The position numbers and the translations under genes were made by a program. A DNA stretch of 64,000 nucleotides from the human T2T-CHM13v2.0 reference genome, Homo sapiens: the NCBI RefSeq assembly GCF_009914755.1, contig NC_060938.1. One strand, written 5' to 3'. Position 1 is the first letter of the stretch; the number at the start of each line of letters is the position of its first letter. This document shows positions 1 through 12,630 of the stretch, one piece after another. The notes under the pieces are model-generated. The model was not told where the DNA came from, ran no database searches, and worked only from the letters and a program-made list of their open reading frames with translations.

Positions 1-1104
1 AAACCAAATCAAACAGCACATTAAAAGGACCATTCACCAAGATCAAATGGGATTTATTCCAGGAATGAAAGGATAGCTTAAAATACACAGATCTATAAAC
101 ATAATATACCACATTTGAAAGACAAAAACTATATGACCATCACAATAGATGCAGAAAAAGCATTTGACAAAATTCAACATTCTTTCATAGTAATAACCCA
201 ATATATTTGATATAGAAGGATTGTACTGCAACACAATCAAAGTCACATATGACAAACCCACAGCTGACATTATACTCGAGGTGAAAAGTTGAAAGTTTTT
301 CCTCTAAGATCAGGAACAAGACAAAGATGCCCACTGTCATCACTTCTATTCAACATACTAATTAATATTCTAGTACTGGAAGTCCTAGCCAGAGCAATTA
401 GGCAAGAGAAAGAAATAAAAGACTTCCAAATTGGAAAGGATGAAGTTAAATGGTCACTGTTTGCAGATGACGTTATTTATGTATAGAAAATCCAAAAGAC
501 TCCAGTAAAAAACTGTTAGAACAAATAAAAGAATTCAGCAAAGTTGCAGGATACAAAAATCACTAATGTTTCTTCGCAACAACAAAGAACTATCCAAAAA
601 GAAATCAAGAAAACAATCTTATTTACAATATCTACAAAAAAAAATTATAAGTAAGTTTAACCAAGGAGGTGAAAGACTTGTACACTGAAAGCAACAAAAT
701 ATTGAGGAAAGAAATTGAAGACACAATAATTGAAAAGATATCCCATATTCACGGGTTGGAAGAATTAATACTGTTAAAGTAGTCCATACTACCCAAAGTG
801 ATCTACAGATTCGATGCAATCCCTATAAAAATTCCTATGACATTTTTCACAGAAGAGACAATCCTAAAACCCATACAAAACCATAAATGACATTGGCCTG
901 GGCAAGAATTTTTTGAAATAACCCTAAAAGTACTGGCAACAAAGGCAAAAATAGACAAATAGGATTATTTCAAACTAAAAAGCTTCTGCACAGCAGACAA
1001 TCAACAGAATGGAGAAACAACCTATGGAGTTGGAGGAAATATTTGCAAATGGTGCATATGATAGGAGGTTAATATCGAAAGTATATAAGGAACTGAAAGA
1101 ACTT
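1..1104 (+). mobile_element. L1M (L1MA-type) ORF2 fragment, RT region, degenerate, with an internal deletion near 887
   Basis: Translations such as [40 protein letters not shown] (289-486) match L1 ORF2p RT motifs; stops and frameshifts throughout. Confidence 0.93.
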
Positions 1105-1494
1105 TACATTAGTCCGTTCTCACACTGCTATTATAAAGAAATACTCAGGACTGGGTAGTTTATAAAGGAAAGAGCTTTAATTGACTCACAGTTACACAAG
1201 GCTGGGGAGGCCTCAGGAAGTTTACAATCATGGTGGAAGGCGAAGAGGAAGCAAGCACCTTCTTCAAAAGGCAGAAGGAGAGAAATGAGCAAAGGAAGAG
1301 CTTCCAAACACCTATAAAACAATCAGATCTCGTGAGAACTCATTTACTTTCAGGAGTACAGCACAGGGGAACTGCCCCAATGATCCAATTACCTTTCTCC
1401 CTCAACACTTGGGGATTACAGGTTTCTCCCTAGACACGTGGGGATTACAATTCGAGATGAAACTTGGATGGGGACACAGAGCCAAACCATATCA
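1105..1494 (-). mobile_element. MaLR solo LTR (MSTA-like) inserted in the L1
   Basis: Begins tacattagtccgttctcacactgct and ends gggacacagagccaaaccatatca; 5-bp TSD aactt (1100-1104) / aactc (1495-1499). Confidence 0.9.
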
Positions 1495-2491
1495 AACTCA
1501 ATAGCAAGAAAGCAAATAACCTGATTGAAAAATGGGCAAAGAAGCTGAAAAATCTCTCAAAAGAAGGCACTCAAATGGTCAATAGATGTATGAAAAATGC
1601 TCAACATCACCAATCATTAGAGAAATGCAAATTAAAACTGCAATGAGATATTACCTCAAACCTGTTAGGATGGCCATTATCAAAAATATGGGCGATAATA
1701 GGCATTGGTGAGGATGTGGAGGAAAGGGAACCCTGGCTCCCTGTTGGTGGGAATGTAAATTAGTACAGCCATTATGGAAAATAGTATGAGAGTTCCTCAA
1801 AAAAATTAAAAACGGAACTACTATATTATCCAGCAATCCCACTACTGGGAATCCAAAGGAATTAAAATCAGTATGTTGTAGAGATACCCGTACTCTCATA
1901 TTCATTGTAGCATTATTCACAATAGCCAAGATATAGACTCAATCCTAGTGTACATCATTGGATGAATGAAGACAATCTGGGACTTATACATAATAAAATA
2001 TGATTCAGCCTTTAAAAAGAAGGAAATCACATCATTTGTAACAACATGGACGAACGTGGAATACATTATATTGAGTGAAATAAGCCAGGCCAAGTAAGAC
2101 CAATAACACAGAATATCACATATGTGGTATCTAAAAAATTGAATTCCTAGATGTAGAGAGTAGATTGGTGGTACCAGGAGCTGGGGTGACGGTGGGAGGT
2201 TGAGGAGATGTTGGTCAAAACATACAATAGTGCAGATAGGAAGAATAAACTCAAGAGATCTATTGTACAACCTGGTGACTATTGTTAGTAATGATATATT
2301 GTATTCTTGGAAATAGCTGAACATAGATTTTAAGTGTTCTTATCACCAAGAATATGTATAAGAGGTAATGCATATATTAATTAACTGGATTTAGCTATTC
2401 CCTAATGTACATATACTCTAAAACATCATGTTGTATACCATAAACATATATAATTTTAATTTGTCAATTACAAAATAAATTTTAAAAAAAA
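1495..2491 (+). mobile_element. L1MA 3' end (ORF2 C-terminus, 3'UTR, A-tail)
   Basis: The L1 resumes after the LTR (KWAK..., atgagatattacctc); L1MA-type 3'UTR; aataaa and A-rich tail at about 2470-2491. Confidence 0.9.
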
Positions 2492-3580
2492 GCGTTACAG
2501 AACTGATAGCCCATACTTAGCCATACTAAGAATGTGGTTAAACATACTGAAGGTATGAGGCTTATGTTGTACGCTTCATAATAATATAAAAATAGTAGTC
2601 ATTTGTGAGTGCTATGTGCTGTTACAGCATCACATATGGGGGATATAATGATGAAAACCACTCTAGTCTTCGCCATTGTCAAAACTGCATTTTGAGAATC
2701 CTGTTTCTAATCTCTGGGATTTAATCCTGAGACCTTTCCCCCCAGGTGTTAATCTCTCAAAATCATTTCTAATTTTCCTACTGTTGATCTGACAATATTG
2801 TCTTTGCATTTATGAATAATACTAACAGTTTCTTTCTGAATTTCCTCCCCCCTTCTTTCTCCTGTGTTGGATTTTAATGTTTAAAACACTGTCTATAATT
2901 CCATTCAGGAAGTTGTTTTGCCTAAGTCTACCTAACGATGAATAAAAATGTCTTTAAGTGTTTTTTATTTCTATCCCAACCTCTATTTGCATAGAAAAGG
3001 ACAAATAAGATGATAAGAATAGGGAAGAAAAGAATACATTTCTTTGTTCTAGTTCTTGGATCAAATATAAAACATCTCACAGGTAATATGGCTGTTCAAA
3101 CCTTCTGCTGACTGTGATTTTTTTTTCTTGTTGACTCTCCCAATTGGCTTACATCTGGGATAGGGAAGCAAATGATAAAGTTCTCAATTTCCTTAAACCT
3201 AAATACTCCACTCATGCCTGGGGTCCCTTTTCATGAACAATTCTATTGCCTGACTATATTATGTACTGCATATTTTGTGTAGGATCCGTTTCCCTTAAGT
3301 GCTCATGGTCTTGCCTTCAGTGATTATTCTCATCTTTCTACAGACTTTCCTGCCCCCACCACAATATAAACATTTTCAGTTCTCTCTAGTTTTGGAAAAA
3401 GACACACTCCTTTTACTTTTCTTCCTGAAACATATTTTTGAATATGGTCTCAATTCAAGCAGCTTTGCTTTGATGGAAAACTACAATCATGCGTTGCACT
3501 GGTAACTTTCTGAGAAATGCAACATTAGGCGATTTTGTCATTGTGTCAACATCACACAGTGTACTTACAAAAACCTAGAC

Positions 3581-4109
3581 CAGCGGTCCCCAAGCCCTGG
3601 GCCACTTCCGTGGCCTGTTAGGAACCAGGCCGCAGAGCAGGAGGTGAGCAGTGGGCAGTGAGCCAAGCTTAGTCTGTATTTGCAGTCACTTCTCATTGCT
3701 CGCATTACTGCCTGTGCTCTGCCTCCTGTCAGATCAATGGTGGCATTAGATTCTCCTAGGAGCGCGAGCCCTATTGTGAACCGTGCATGTGAGAGATTAG
3801 GTTGTGTGCTCCTTATGAGAACCTAGTGCCTGATGATCTGTCACTGTCTCCCATCACTCCCAAATGGGACCATCTAATTGCAGGAAAACAAACTTTGGGC
3901 TCCCACTGATTCTACATTATAGTGAGTTGTATAATTATTTCATTGTATATTACAAAGTGATAAGAACAGAAAATAAAGTGCACGATAAATGTAATGTGCT
4001 TGAATCATCCCGACACCATCACTACCCTCCCCTCCGCCCCCACTGAGTCCGTGGAAAAACTGTCTTCCATGAAACCAGTCCCTAGTGCTGAAAAGGTTGG
4101 AAGCAGCTG
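3581..4109 (+). mobile_element. MER1A (hAT-Charlie non-autonomous element)
   Basis: Termini cagcggtccccaa...ttggaagcagctg, 529 bp, perfect 8-bp TSD acctagac (3573-3580 / 4110-4117). Confidence 0.92.
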
Positions 4110-4295
4110 ACCTAGACAATATAGCCTACTGCACACCTAGACTATATGATATAGCCTATTGCTCCTAGACTACAAACCTATACAGGATGTTGCTGTACTG
4201 AATACTGTAGGCAACTGTGGCACAATGTACATATTTACGTATCTAAACATGTCTAAACATAGAAAATGTGTAGAAAAATGCAGTACAAAAGATTT

Positions 4296-4650
4296 ATCCC
4301 AGGCATGGTGGCTCAAGCCTGTAATCCCAGCACTTTGGGAGGCCAAGGTGGGCATGTCGCTTGAGCCCAGGGAGTCAGAGACTGGCCTGGGCAACATACA
4401 AAACCCTGTCTCTACAAAAAAAAAATAAAATAAAATAAAAATAAATAAATAAATAAAAAACAAAGAAAGTAGCTGGGTGTGGTTGCATGCACCTGGAGTC
4501 CCAGCTACTCAGGAGGCTGATGAGGATCACCTGAGCCTGGGAGGCAGCAGCTGAAGTGAACTGTGATTGCACCGCTGCACTCCAGCCTGAGTGACACAGT
4601 GAGACCCTGTCTCAAAAAATACAAATTAAAAAAAAAAAATTAAAATTAAA
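4296..4650 (+). mobile_element. AluJ
   Basis: Dimeric Alu with J diagnostics (cttgagcccagg, gtgagaccctgtctc), expanded central A-rich linker, TSD aaaagattt. Confidence 0.93.
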
Positions 4651-5255
4651 AAAAGATTTTAAAAATGGCACACTTACCATTTACCATTTTACCATTAAAA
4701 AATGTATATCACTTTACCATTAAAAAATGTATAAGACACTTACCATGAATGGAGCTTGCAGGAATGGAAGTTGCTCTGGGTGAATTAGAGAGTGCTGAGT
4801 GAATGTGGAGGCCTAGGACATTACTGTACACTACTGTAGGTTTTATAAACATGGTATACTTAGGCTATACTAAATTTATTAAAGCTATTTTTATTTTCTA
4901 ATAATAAATTAACCTTAGCTGATGTAACTTTTTTACTTCAAAAACTTTTTAATTTTTTAAAACATTTGTAATAACAGCTTAAAACACAAACACATCGTAC
5001 AGCTGTACAAAAATATTCTTTCTTTACATCCTTATTCTATAAGCTTTTTAATGTTTTTGTTAAACACACACACACATATTAGCCTAGGCTTACACGGTGT
5101 CTGGCTCATCGATATCACTGTCTTTCCCTCTACATTTTGTCCCACTGGAAGGTGTTCAGGGGCAATAACATCCATGGAGCTGTCATCTCCTATGATAACA
5201 ATGCCTCCTTCTGGAATACCTCCTGAAGGATCTGCCTGAGGCTGTGTTACAGTTA

Positions 5256-5260
<5 letters not shown>

Positions 5261-5294
<34 letters not shown>

Positions 5295-5380
5295 ATATTA
5301 ATATATATTATATATTTTATATATATACACATGTATATATGTGTGTATATATTGTATATATATGTATATGTATATATATG
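5261..5380. repeat. (TA)n / AT-rich microsatellite inside Tigger3b
   Basis: Interrupted tatatata runs. Confidence 0.9.
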
Positions 5381-5539
5381 AAGTACACTGTAAAATAATG
5401 ATAAAAATTATAGTACAGTAAATACTAGGTGATATAACTTTTTCAGCTCCGTTGAATCTTATGGAACCACCATCATATATGTAGTCCAGCATTGACCGAA
5501 ACATCTTTATACAGCACATGATTGTAAAAGTTAGTCTCC

Positions 5540-6312
5540 ACTCCTCTCCACTTCATTGCTCATTCAATCCTCTACTCTTGTCAGCCTTGGGTTGGCTTTC
5601 ACACACCCCTGAAATTCTCTCACTTTTCAAACCAAATGGCCTTTAGACTGCTAAATTTGGTAGACTCTTCTTAGTTCTTTTAAATATCTCTAAAGTACCT
5701 TCAATTTACATCTACAATGCAATTTTGTCCTCCAAACTCTTCCCAGAGTAATCTTAGCAAACACGTTTGATCATTTAAGTGCTCATGAAATACCTTAAAT
5801 GTTTCAAGGATAAAATTTAAGCTCCTCTGGCTAGTATAATGAGCCTTCGTTATCCAGCCCTTTCTTCATATCCTCTTTTCCTCTATTCCATATTAATGTG
5901 TGTACACCAGCCCAAATATGTCAAGCTGTCAGTTCTTTGCATTTGTACGGACTTTTTACTCTGTCTAGAGTACCCTTCTGCTGTTTATATGCCTGGTTAA
6001 ATTCTATGTATTGCTGAGGACTCAGGTCAATTGTCACCTCTTTTGAGGAGTCTTTAATCCCCATCCCTCCCCATAATCTGGGAAGGGAATGTTTCTCCTC
6101 TGGGCTTCCAAGGCATCTTGTGCATATTTCTATCACATCACTCATTTCTGTGTATTTGTTTGTTTATTTGTTTAATTTTATGTCTCTTTCACTAGAGGAC
6201 AGGAATTATGCTTTTCAATTTCTGTGTCTCTAAATCAGTCCTGAGGACTTGAGCACATATAGCAGGCATGGCGCGTTGGAGAATATGGCACAATTATCTA
6301 AGTAAATGAATC
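5540..6312 (+). mobile_element. L2 relic (fragmented 3' region)
   Basis: L2-like phrases (aggataaaatttaagctcct, gactcaggtcaattgtcacctc, cactagaggacagg, gcacatatagcaggc...aaatgaat). Confidence 0.6.
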
Positions 6313-6679
6313 AAAGGATGAGATTACTGGCTTCTAGTATTAATTGGTGACTGGTTTTTATTATTACCAGATTCTAGAGGAATATCATAGGAAGAATTGA
6401 TTAGCCAATGTTACAGCTTATTAAGACAAGCTTTTGTCCTCAACTCCAACTTATTTTGTATATATGCTGCTGCTTAGTTATATCTGCCCCAAAACTTACC
6501 ACAGTTGGCTACTTAATAACTTACAGCAATTTTAGGCTGCTAGATAGCGTTTTGATTTCTGTAGTTTTTATCTGCATATTGTTTAATCAAACATCTCTCA
6601 TATTATGCCCCAGCATGAGCCTCTGCTCCAGAAACATGATTTATTTGGATATGTGGTTTATCACTTAGGATAACTAAGG

Positions 6680-7010
6680 TCAGCATCCTTATACTAAAAC
6701 TCATATGAATAATGTTTTACAATGCTTAAAATGAAAGAAGTGCATTTCCCTATCGTGTTGAACTTTATTATGAGCTGGTGTAGACACACATGGTGGTTGC
6801 TCAAAATCATAGGGACCCAGATTATTTTCGGTGTGCTTCTTCCTCATCCCTAGGTGTGTTACCAGAGCTAGCCAGTGACTTGAGCTCTAGCCAACACAGA
6901 CAACTTCTGGACAGCAGGACAGAGGCAGGGCATAAGACGAACATGTCCCCTCTCTCAAATAAATCCTCCTGTAAGGTTTACAGGACATTTTTACATTTCA
7001 CTGGCTAAAA
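6680..7010 (-). mobile_element. Old MaLR LTR fragment (MLT1I/J-like)
   Basis: tcatagggacccagatt...tcttcctcatccctag...ttacatttcactggctaaaa resembles MLT1 LTRs; highly diverged. Confidence 0.4.
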
Positions 7011-7049
7011 TTGACAATGAAATGTTAAAAAGTGCTGTTCACCCTCATA

Positions 7050-7230
7050 AGATTCCTACTAAATGTATGGCTTGGGGAAGTGACTTTATCTCCTTGAAAG
7101 TCATTTTCTTCATTTCTAAAATGTAATTAACATGCTCATCTCATAGAAATACTGTAAAGATAATAAGTGTGTATTTGAAACTCTAGTCCAGTGACAGGCA
7201 CATAGCAGGCTTCCAATAATGGTAGTTGCA
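7050..7230 (+). mobile_element. MIR
   Basis: Core ggcttggggaagtgacttta...ttcttcatttctaaaatg and 3' end ggcacatagcaggcttccaataatgg. Confidence 0.7.
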
Positions 7231-7249
7231 GTTGTTAGTGTAGATGACA

Positions 7250-7352
7250 TTACTGATTCAGAGATATCATAGCTCCTGCAAGGTCTCATAACTAATGATG
7301 GTTAAACCAGTATTCAAACTTAGATCAGCCTCACTCTGAAGCTTCCTCTCTT
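7250..7352 (-). mobile_element. MIR fragment
   Basis: caaggtctcataacta...agtattcaaacttagatcagcctcactctgaagc matches the reverse MIR 5' part. Confidence 0.55.
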
Positions 7353-7781
7353 ATAAATACAGTGAAATATGGCAGGAACTTGGCCTGAGAGCTTCTACTT
7401 TCCAATTCAATTCCTCTATATCATGAATCATGATATACTTCTGGTCTGAGTTTTCAGGACCATTGAAAATAGAGTTAAAAATAGAAAGATTTAGTTTATT
7501 TGGTTTAACTTATCCAAATAATTGCCTTGCTTTCACTTATTTTTGTGGAGACTTGGCTGAAATCAACAGCATTAATTGAGTGTGTAATTCTGGAACCATC
7601 TAAGAAAGCTAAAATCATTTAAAATGAGTTGGGGTTTAGTAACTAGGTTGAACTTTGCCTTTGTCAGGCAGTTTCCAGCTGACTCACTGCAGCTGCAACA
7701 ATTGACATCATTTTGTGCCTTTCATGCAAAGACTAATTTGGCAGGCAGCACTCCCAGTGGAGTGGGTTTCTGAGGCTTGGT

Positions 7782-8290
7782 GAATCTCAGGGTTGGAATG
7801 GACTTTAAAGGTCATGAAAGCTAAACCTTAATGTAATGATTGAATTGGCTTACATCAACCCCATCAAGAGGTTTTCTAACCTACATTTGGATAAGTCCAG
7901 TGACAAATAAATAGTGAAGATTTCCACATGGCCTGAATTGCATAACCCGTTCTGTATTTGAATAGCTCTTACTTCCTTATATTGAACTGCAATCTGTATT
8001 CTTAACCTTCCTGCCACCAGTACTACTTCTATCCCCAGTACAAATATTCCTTTTTGGAACCTTACAACCTTTCAAATATTTGAAGACCATGACGTTGCCT
8101 GGTCTTAGAGTTTTCTCACTGCTAAATACCTCCAGTTTTCTTCAACTTTTTCTCATTCAATATGCCTTTAATTTCCTTCACAATCCTGAGCTCATAGAGA
8201 AACCCATATGGCTTGGCTTGATTCTTCTTAAAGTGTTCATTCTCCTCTTATCCCAGGAATGAATGAAATCCTGCAGTGTAAATGGAGGGA
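7782..8290 (-). mobile_element. L3/CR1 LINE 3' fragment
   Basis: gaatctcagggttggaatggactttaaaggtcat...cctttcaaatatttgaagac...ctaaatacctccagttttcttcaac is typical reverse CR1 3' sequence. Confidence 0.7.
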
Positions 8291-10064
8291 ATGACCTAAT
8301 CAAACTGTCCTGGTAAAGTAAAAGGGAGTTGCTTGAAACATGATAGAGAATGGTGAAAATTTAGGGAATCATCAAATTGTTGAGATTTTATTGGCCCTCC
8401 TTACAACTAAGCAAATGTGACAAAATAATTTCTTGCTGTAAAAAGCTCAAAGGCATAACAAAGTCATAGTACTCTTAAGCACAAAGCAAGTTAGGTTATT
8501 TATTGTGATAGTTCAGACTCCATCAACTTTATTTTATTTGTATGGTTCCTTTATTTTAGTGCTGAGTGATATCATTAAGATAAAAAGGATGAACGAATGG
8601 ATGGATGAGTGAATTGATGGACAAACTGCTCAGGAACAAATGTTAGTTATATTTCAATAGATACAGATTTAAAGGAAAACAAACCAAAACTTTTTCTCTG
8701 AATCTGACAAAATTTCAGGTTCTGTATGGAATTAAAATAGCAGTTTTGACTCATTCAATGTTGTACATATGTAACCCTTTAGTAGCCTCATAAATCTTGT
8801 TCTGCTCTTGAGAAAGAATGTTGCATTGATGTAAAACTTAATAACATTTTTGTCTGATGCTAAATAACTGTGTGCTATTTGAAAAATATCACTTAGCATC
8901 TCTGCTTATGAAATAGTAAGAACAAAATACCTTCATTGTGTCACAAACATGTAGTCAGGGTAAAATCGTATATTTTAATTCATTCTATGGGGATTTATGC
9001 AGTGATTTTCATATTTTATTTAATGTTCTGAGCAGTGAAAATTCAGTGAGGAAAAGCCTAGAAAAGGCCCATGTCCTCATAGAGCTTATATTTTATAACA
9101 AAATTTAAAATCAAACAGTTTTAAGAGCCTCGAAATACAAGGTACTTTTAAATGGTTCTGAATCTTTGATTTTTAAATTGATGTTGTTTCTTTGTGGTAC
9201 ATATTTTTAAACAGTCCCAGTTTTAAAACTAGGTTCTAATACATTTAATGCAAATTTTAAAAATTACTTATAGTTTTTTTTTCCTACACAGAAGGAAAAA
9301 ACAACTTATGTTCAAGTTTTCATTTCACCCTAGAGGTAGATATTCTTTCGCTTTGTTTTGCAATTATTCTTAATGTTTGATTGCCACTATTTACTAAAAA
9401 TATTGTCTCTTTCTCAGTCTCATATCCCTTCCAGAAGATATGCTAATATGCTTAAAATGGATTGTATTTTACAGAGTTTTAGGGTAACATTGATTATGTC
9501 AGTCTTGTGGATGTGGAGGCCTAATATTGCCAAACTTGATTGATTTCTACTTAAAATCCTGGAAAAATTCTTATCAAAGAAGAGCCACAAATAAATGATT
9601 GTTTTTATTTTCTACTTGGTTGTCTGGAAAGTATAACATACAATCTCTAACATATGGATCTTGTATGTTTCCCTTGTAAAAGCAAAATTTTGTGTTTGGG
9701 AATGAAAATTTATTTTTATTCTTATTGAATTAAAAAAAAAATATTTACAACCTTCAGAGCTTTGAAGGCCCTTTACATAACAGTATATAACCTCCTTAAA
9801 GCTTACCTAGTTCTGAAAATCATTCACTCATCAGAGATATCCTGAAATGGAGATTAGAATTGGGATAAAGTATGTCTTAATTCTTACAAATTTTCTTTAA
9901 CACAAATAAAAAGCATTAGTGCTGCTCTCTTACTGTATGCTGTCAGAACCATATTTTTAATATATTAGCTTCTACATTACTTCTAGGATTTTCTATTACT
10001 CAGAACTACTCTCCCTCTCATACCTTGAGGTTGATGAGACAATTACTTCCTCAAGGAGAGTCTA

Positions 10065-10398
<334 letters not shown>

Positions 10399-10480
10399 AA
10401 AAAAGAAAATGATACTTACTTTCAAAAGCTTAAGCCCTGAAGAACGCTGGGCATAAAGTTCATCCCATGAAATATATATA

Positions 10481-10808
<328 letters not shown>

Positions 10809-10942
10809 TAAGGCAGAAAAAGTTTCCTTCCTGCCTCCTTTCTTTCCAGATTAAATAAGACTTCCGTTGCTCTGAGAAAAAACAGAGTGGGAGTAGATAT
10901 GGTAAGAAGACTTAATGAGGAGGGACTTAATTATATATTGAG

Positions 10943-10977
10943 GTGTGTGTGTGTGTGTATGTGCGTGCATGTGTGCA
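10943..10977. repeat. (TG)n microsatellite, interrupted
   Basis: tgtgtgtgtgtgtgtatgtgcgtgcatgtgtgc. Confidence 0.85.
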
Positions 10978-11326
10978 CCAACACAGTTTTGCCTTGATCC
11001 TCTCCTATACACCAGCAAATTGCCACAATAGATGTGGTCTTCTCATTTTTCCTTTGATGAGGAGATAATACAGATGGACACTTGGTATAACTAGAGGGGC
11101 GTGTCTGAGGAAGCCAGAATTTCAAATGTTTTCTGTGTCCAAGAAAGATGTAGACATAGCTAAGACAAAGCACAACTCAAGAGGCCTGTGCTCAGAAATG
11201 TGGAAAATACATAACTGGCTTGGACAAGAAAATGAGTAAGTAACTGTGGGACCAGAAACATATATCTGTCAGCAACTTATGTGGGTTGAAGGGTGAGTAC
11301 AGGACGGGATAATTGCTAGATTATCA

Positions 11327-12170
11327 TCTACCTGACTTCAAACTGTATTAAAAGGCTACCACAACCAAAACAGCATGATACTGGTACAAAAACAGACACA
11401 TAGACAATGGAAAACAATAGAGAACCCCCAATATAAAGCTGCATACCTACAGACATCTGATCTTTGACAAAGTCAAATGGGGAAAGGACTCCCTATTCAA
11501 TAAAAGGTACTGGGATAACTGGCTGGCCATATGGAGAAAAATAAAACTGGACACCTATTTTTCACTACATACAAAAACTAACTCAAGATGAATTAAAGAT
11601 TTAAATATAAGACCTCAAACTATAAGAATCCTAGAGGAAAACCTAGGAAACACCTCTGGATGTGGGCCTTAGGAAAAAAATTCATGACAAAGTCCTCAAA
11701 AGCAATTGCAACAAAAACAAAAATTGACAAATGGAAATCTAATTAAACTAAAGAGCTACTGCACAACAAATGAAACTATCAACAGAGTAAATGAACAACA
11801 TACAGAATGCGAGAAAATATTCACAAACTATACATCTGAACAACTATGGATACAGCTGGAGGCCATTATCCTAAACAAATTAATGTAGGAGCAGAAAACC
11901 AAATACCGCGTGTTTTCACTTATAAGTAGGAGCTAAAAATTGAGTAATCATGAACATACAGAAGGCAACAATAGACACTGGAGACTACCAGAGTGGGAAG
12001 GGAAGGAGGAGGGCATGGTTGAAAAAGTAACTATTGGGTGCTATGCTCACTACCTGGGCGACAGGATCGATCACATCCCAACCCTCAGCATCATGCAAAT
12101 ACTGAGGTAACAAACCTGCATACATAACCTTTGAATCTACAATAAATATTAAAATTATTTTTAAAAAGAA
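11327..12170 (+). mobile_element. Old L1PA (L1PA15/16-like), 5'-truncated, with an internal deletion near 11840
   Basis: ORF2 text ctacctgacttcaaactgtatt...aaaacagcatgatactggtac; jumps to atggatacagctggaggccattatcc; L1PA-type 3'UTR and A-tail. Confidence 0.9.
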
Positions 12171-12189
12171 AAGATGAATTAAAAAGATA

Positions 12190-12630
12190 ATAATAAAAAT
12201 TGCTGAATATTTGGAATTGAATTTACCACACCTCAATATTTACAACATATAACCAAGTGTTACATAGAGAGAAAGATATTGGCCTAAAAATTACCTGATG
12301 TGATGTCATTACACCAGAGGGACTGAGATAAATGAGCTGGGCCTTCAACTCCAAAATTAAGGGAAAGAAACACAGAATAAATCCAAATAATATAAAAGAA
12401 ATGAAGAGCAAATATAATGTTAGACATTGAGGAAATAAAAATATACAAAGAAGCAAGCAAACAAAGAAAATTGTTAGTACAATTAAAATACATCTGCTAA
12501 AAATACTAATAAAATAGGTAAACATTTGAAAAACTGATCAAAGGGGAAAAAAGAGATATTATAAATAAAAATATTAGGAATGTGAAGAAGGACATGACCC
12601 CACAAACACTACAGATTAAAATAAATGACT
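12190..12630 (+). mobile_element. Old L1M ORF2 fragment
   Basis: A-rich L1 linker phrases (ataaatgagctgggccttcaactc, aataaaataggtaaaca...ctgatcaa, aatattaggaatg). Confidence 0.6.

Larger units (their letters stand above)
3484..5524 (+). mobile_element. Tigger3b (Golem-type) TcMar DNA transposon, interrupted by MER1A, AluJ and (TA)n
   Basis: Inverted termini caatcatg... / ...catgattg flanked by TA on both sides (3482-83, 5525-26); internal text matches Tigger3 (acctagactatatgatatagcctattgctcc, cttaccatgaatggagcttgcagg). Confidence 0.88.

Noticed and set aside
289-486. ORF with reverse-transcriptase motifs (LFADD)
   Set aside because: Decayed L1 ORF2 fragment, not a gene or a novel RT system.
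2637-2745. ATGATGA...CTGA with a tggggga/tccccca stem (second snoRNA-like hit)
   Set aside because: The 5' part reads as a decayed L2 tail, the stem is offset from box D and there is no clear D'/C'. It shows that such motifs arise by chance.
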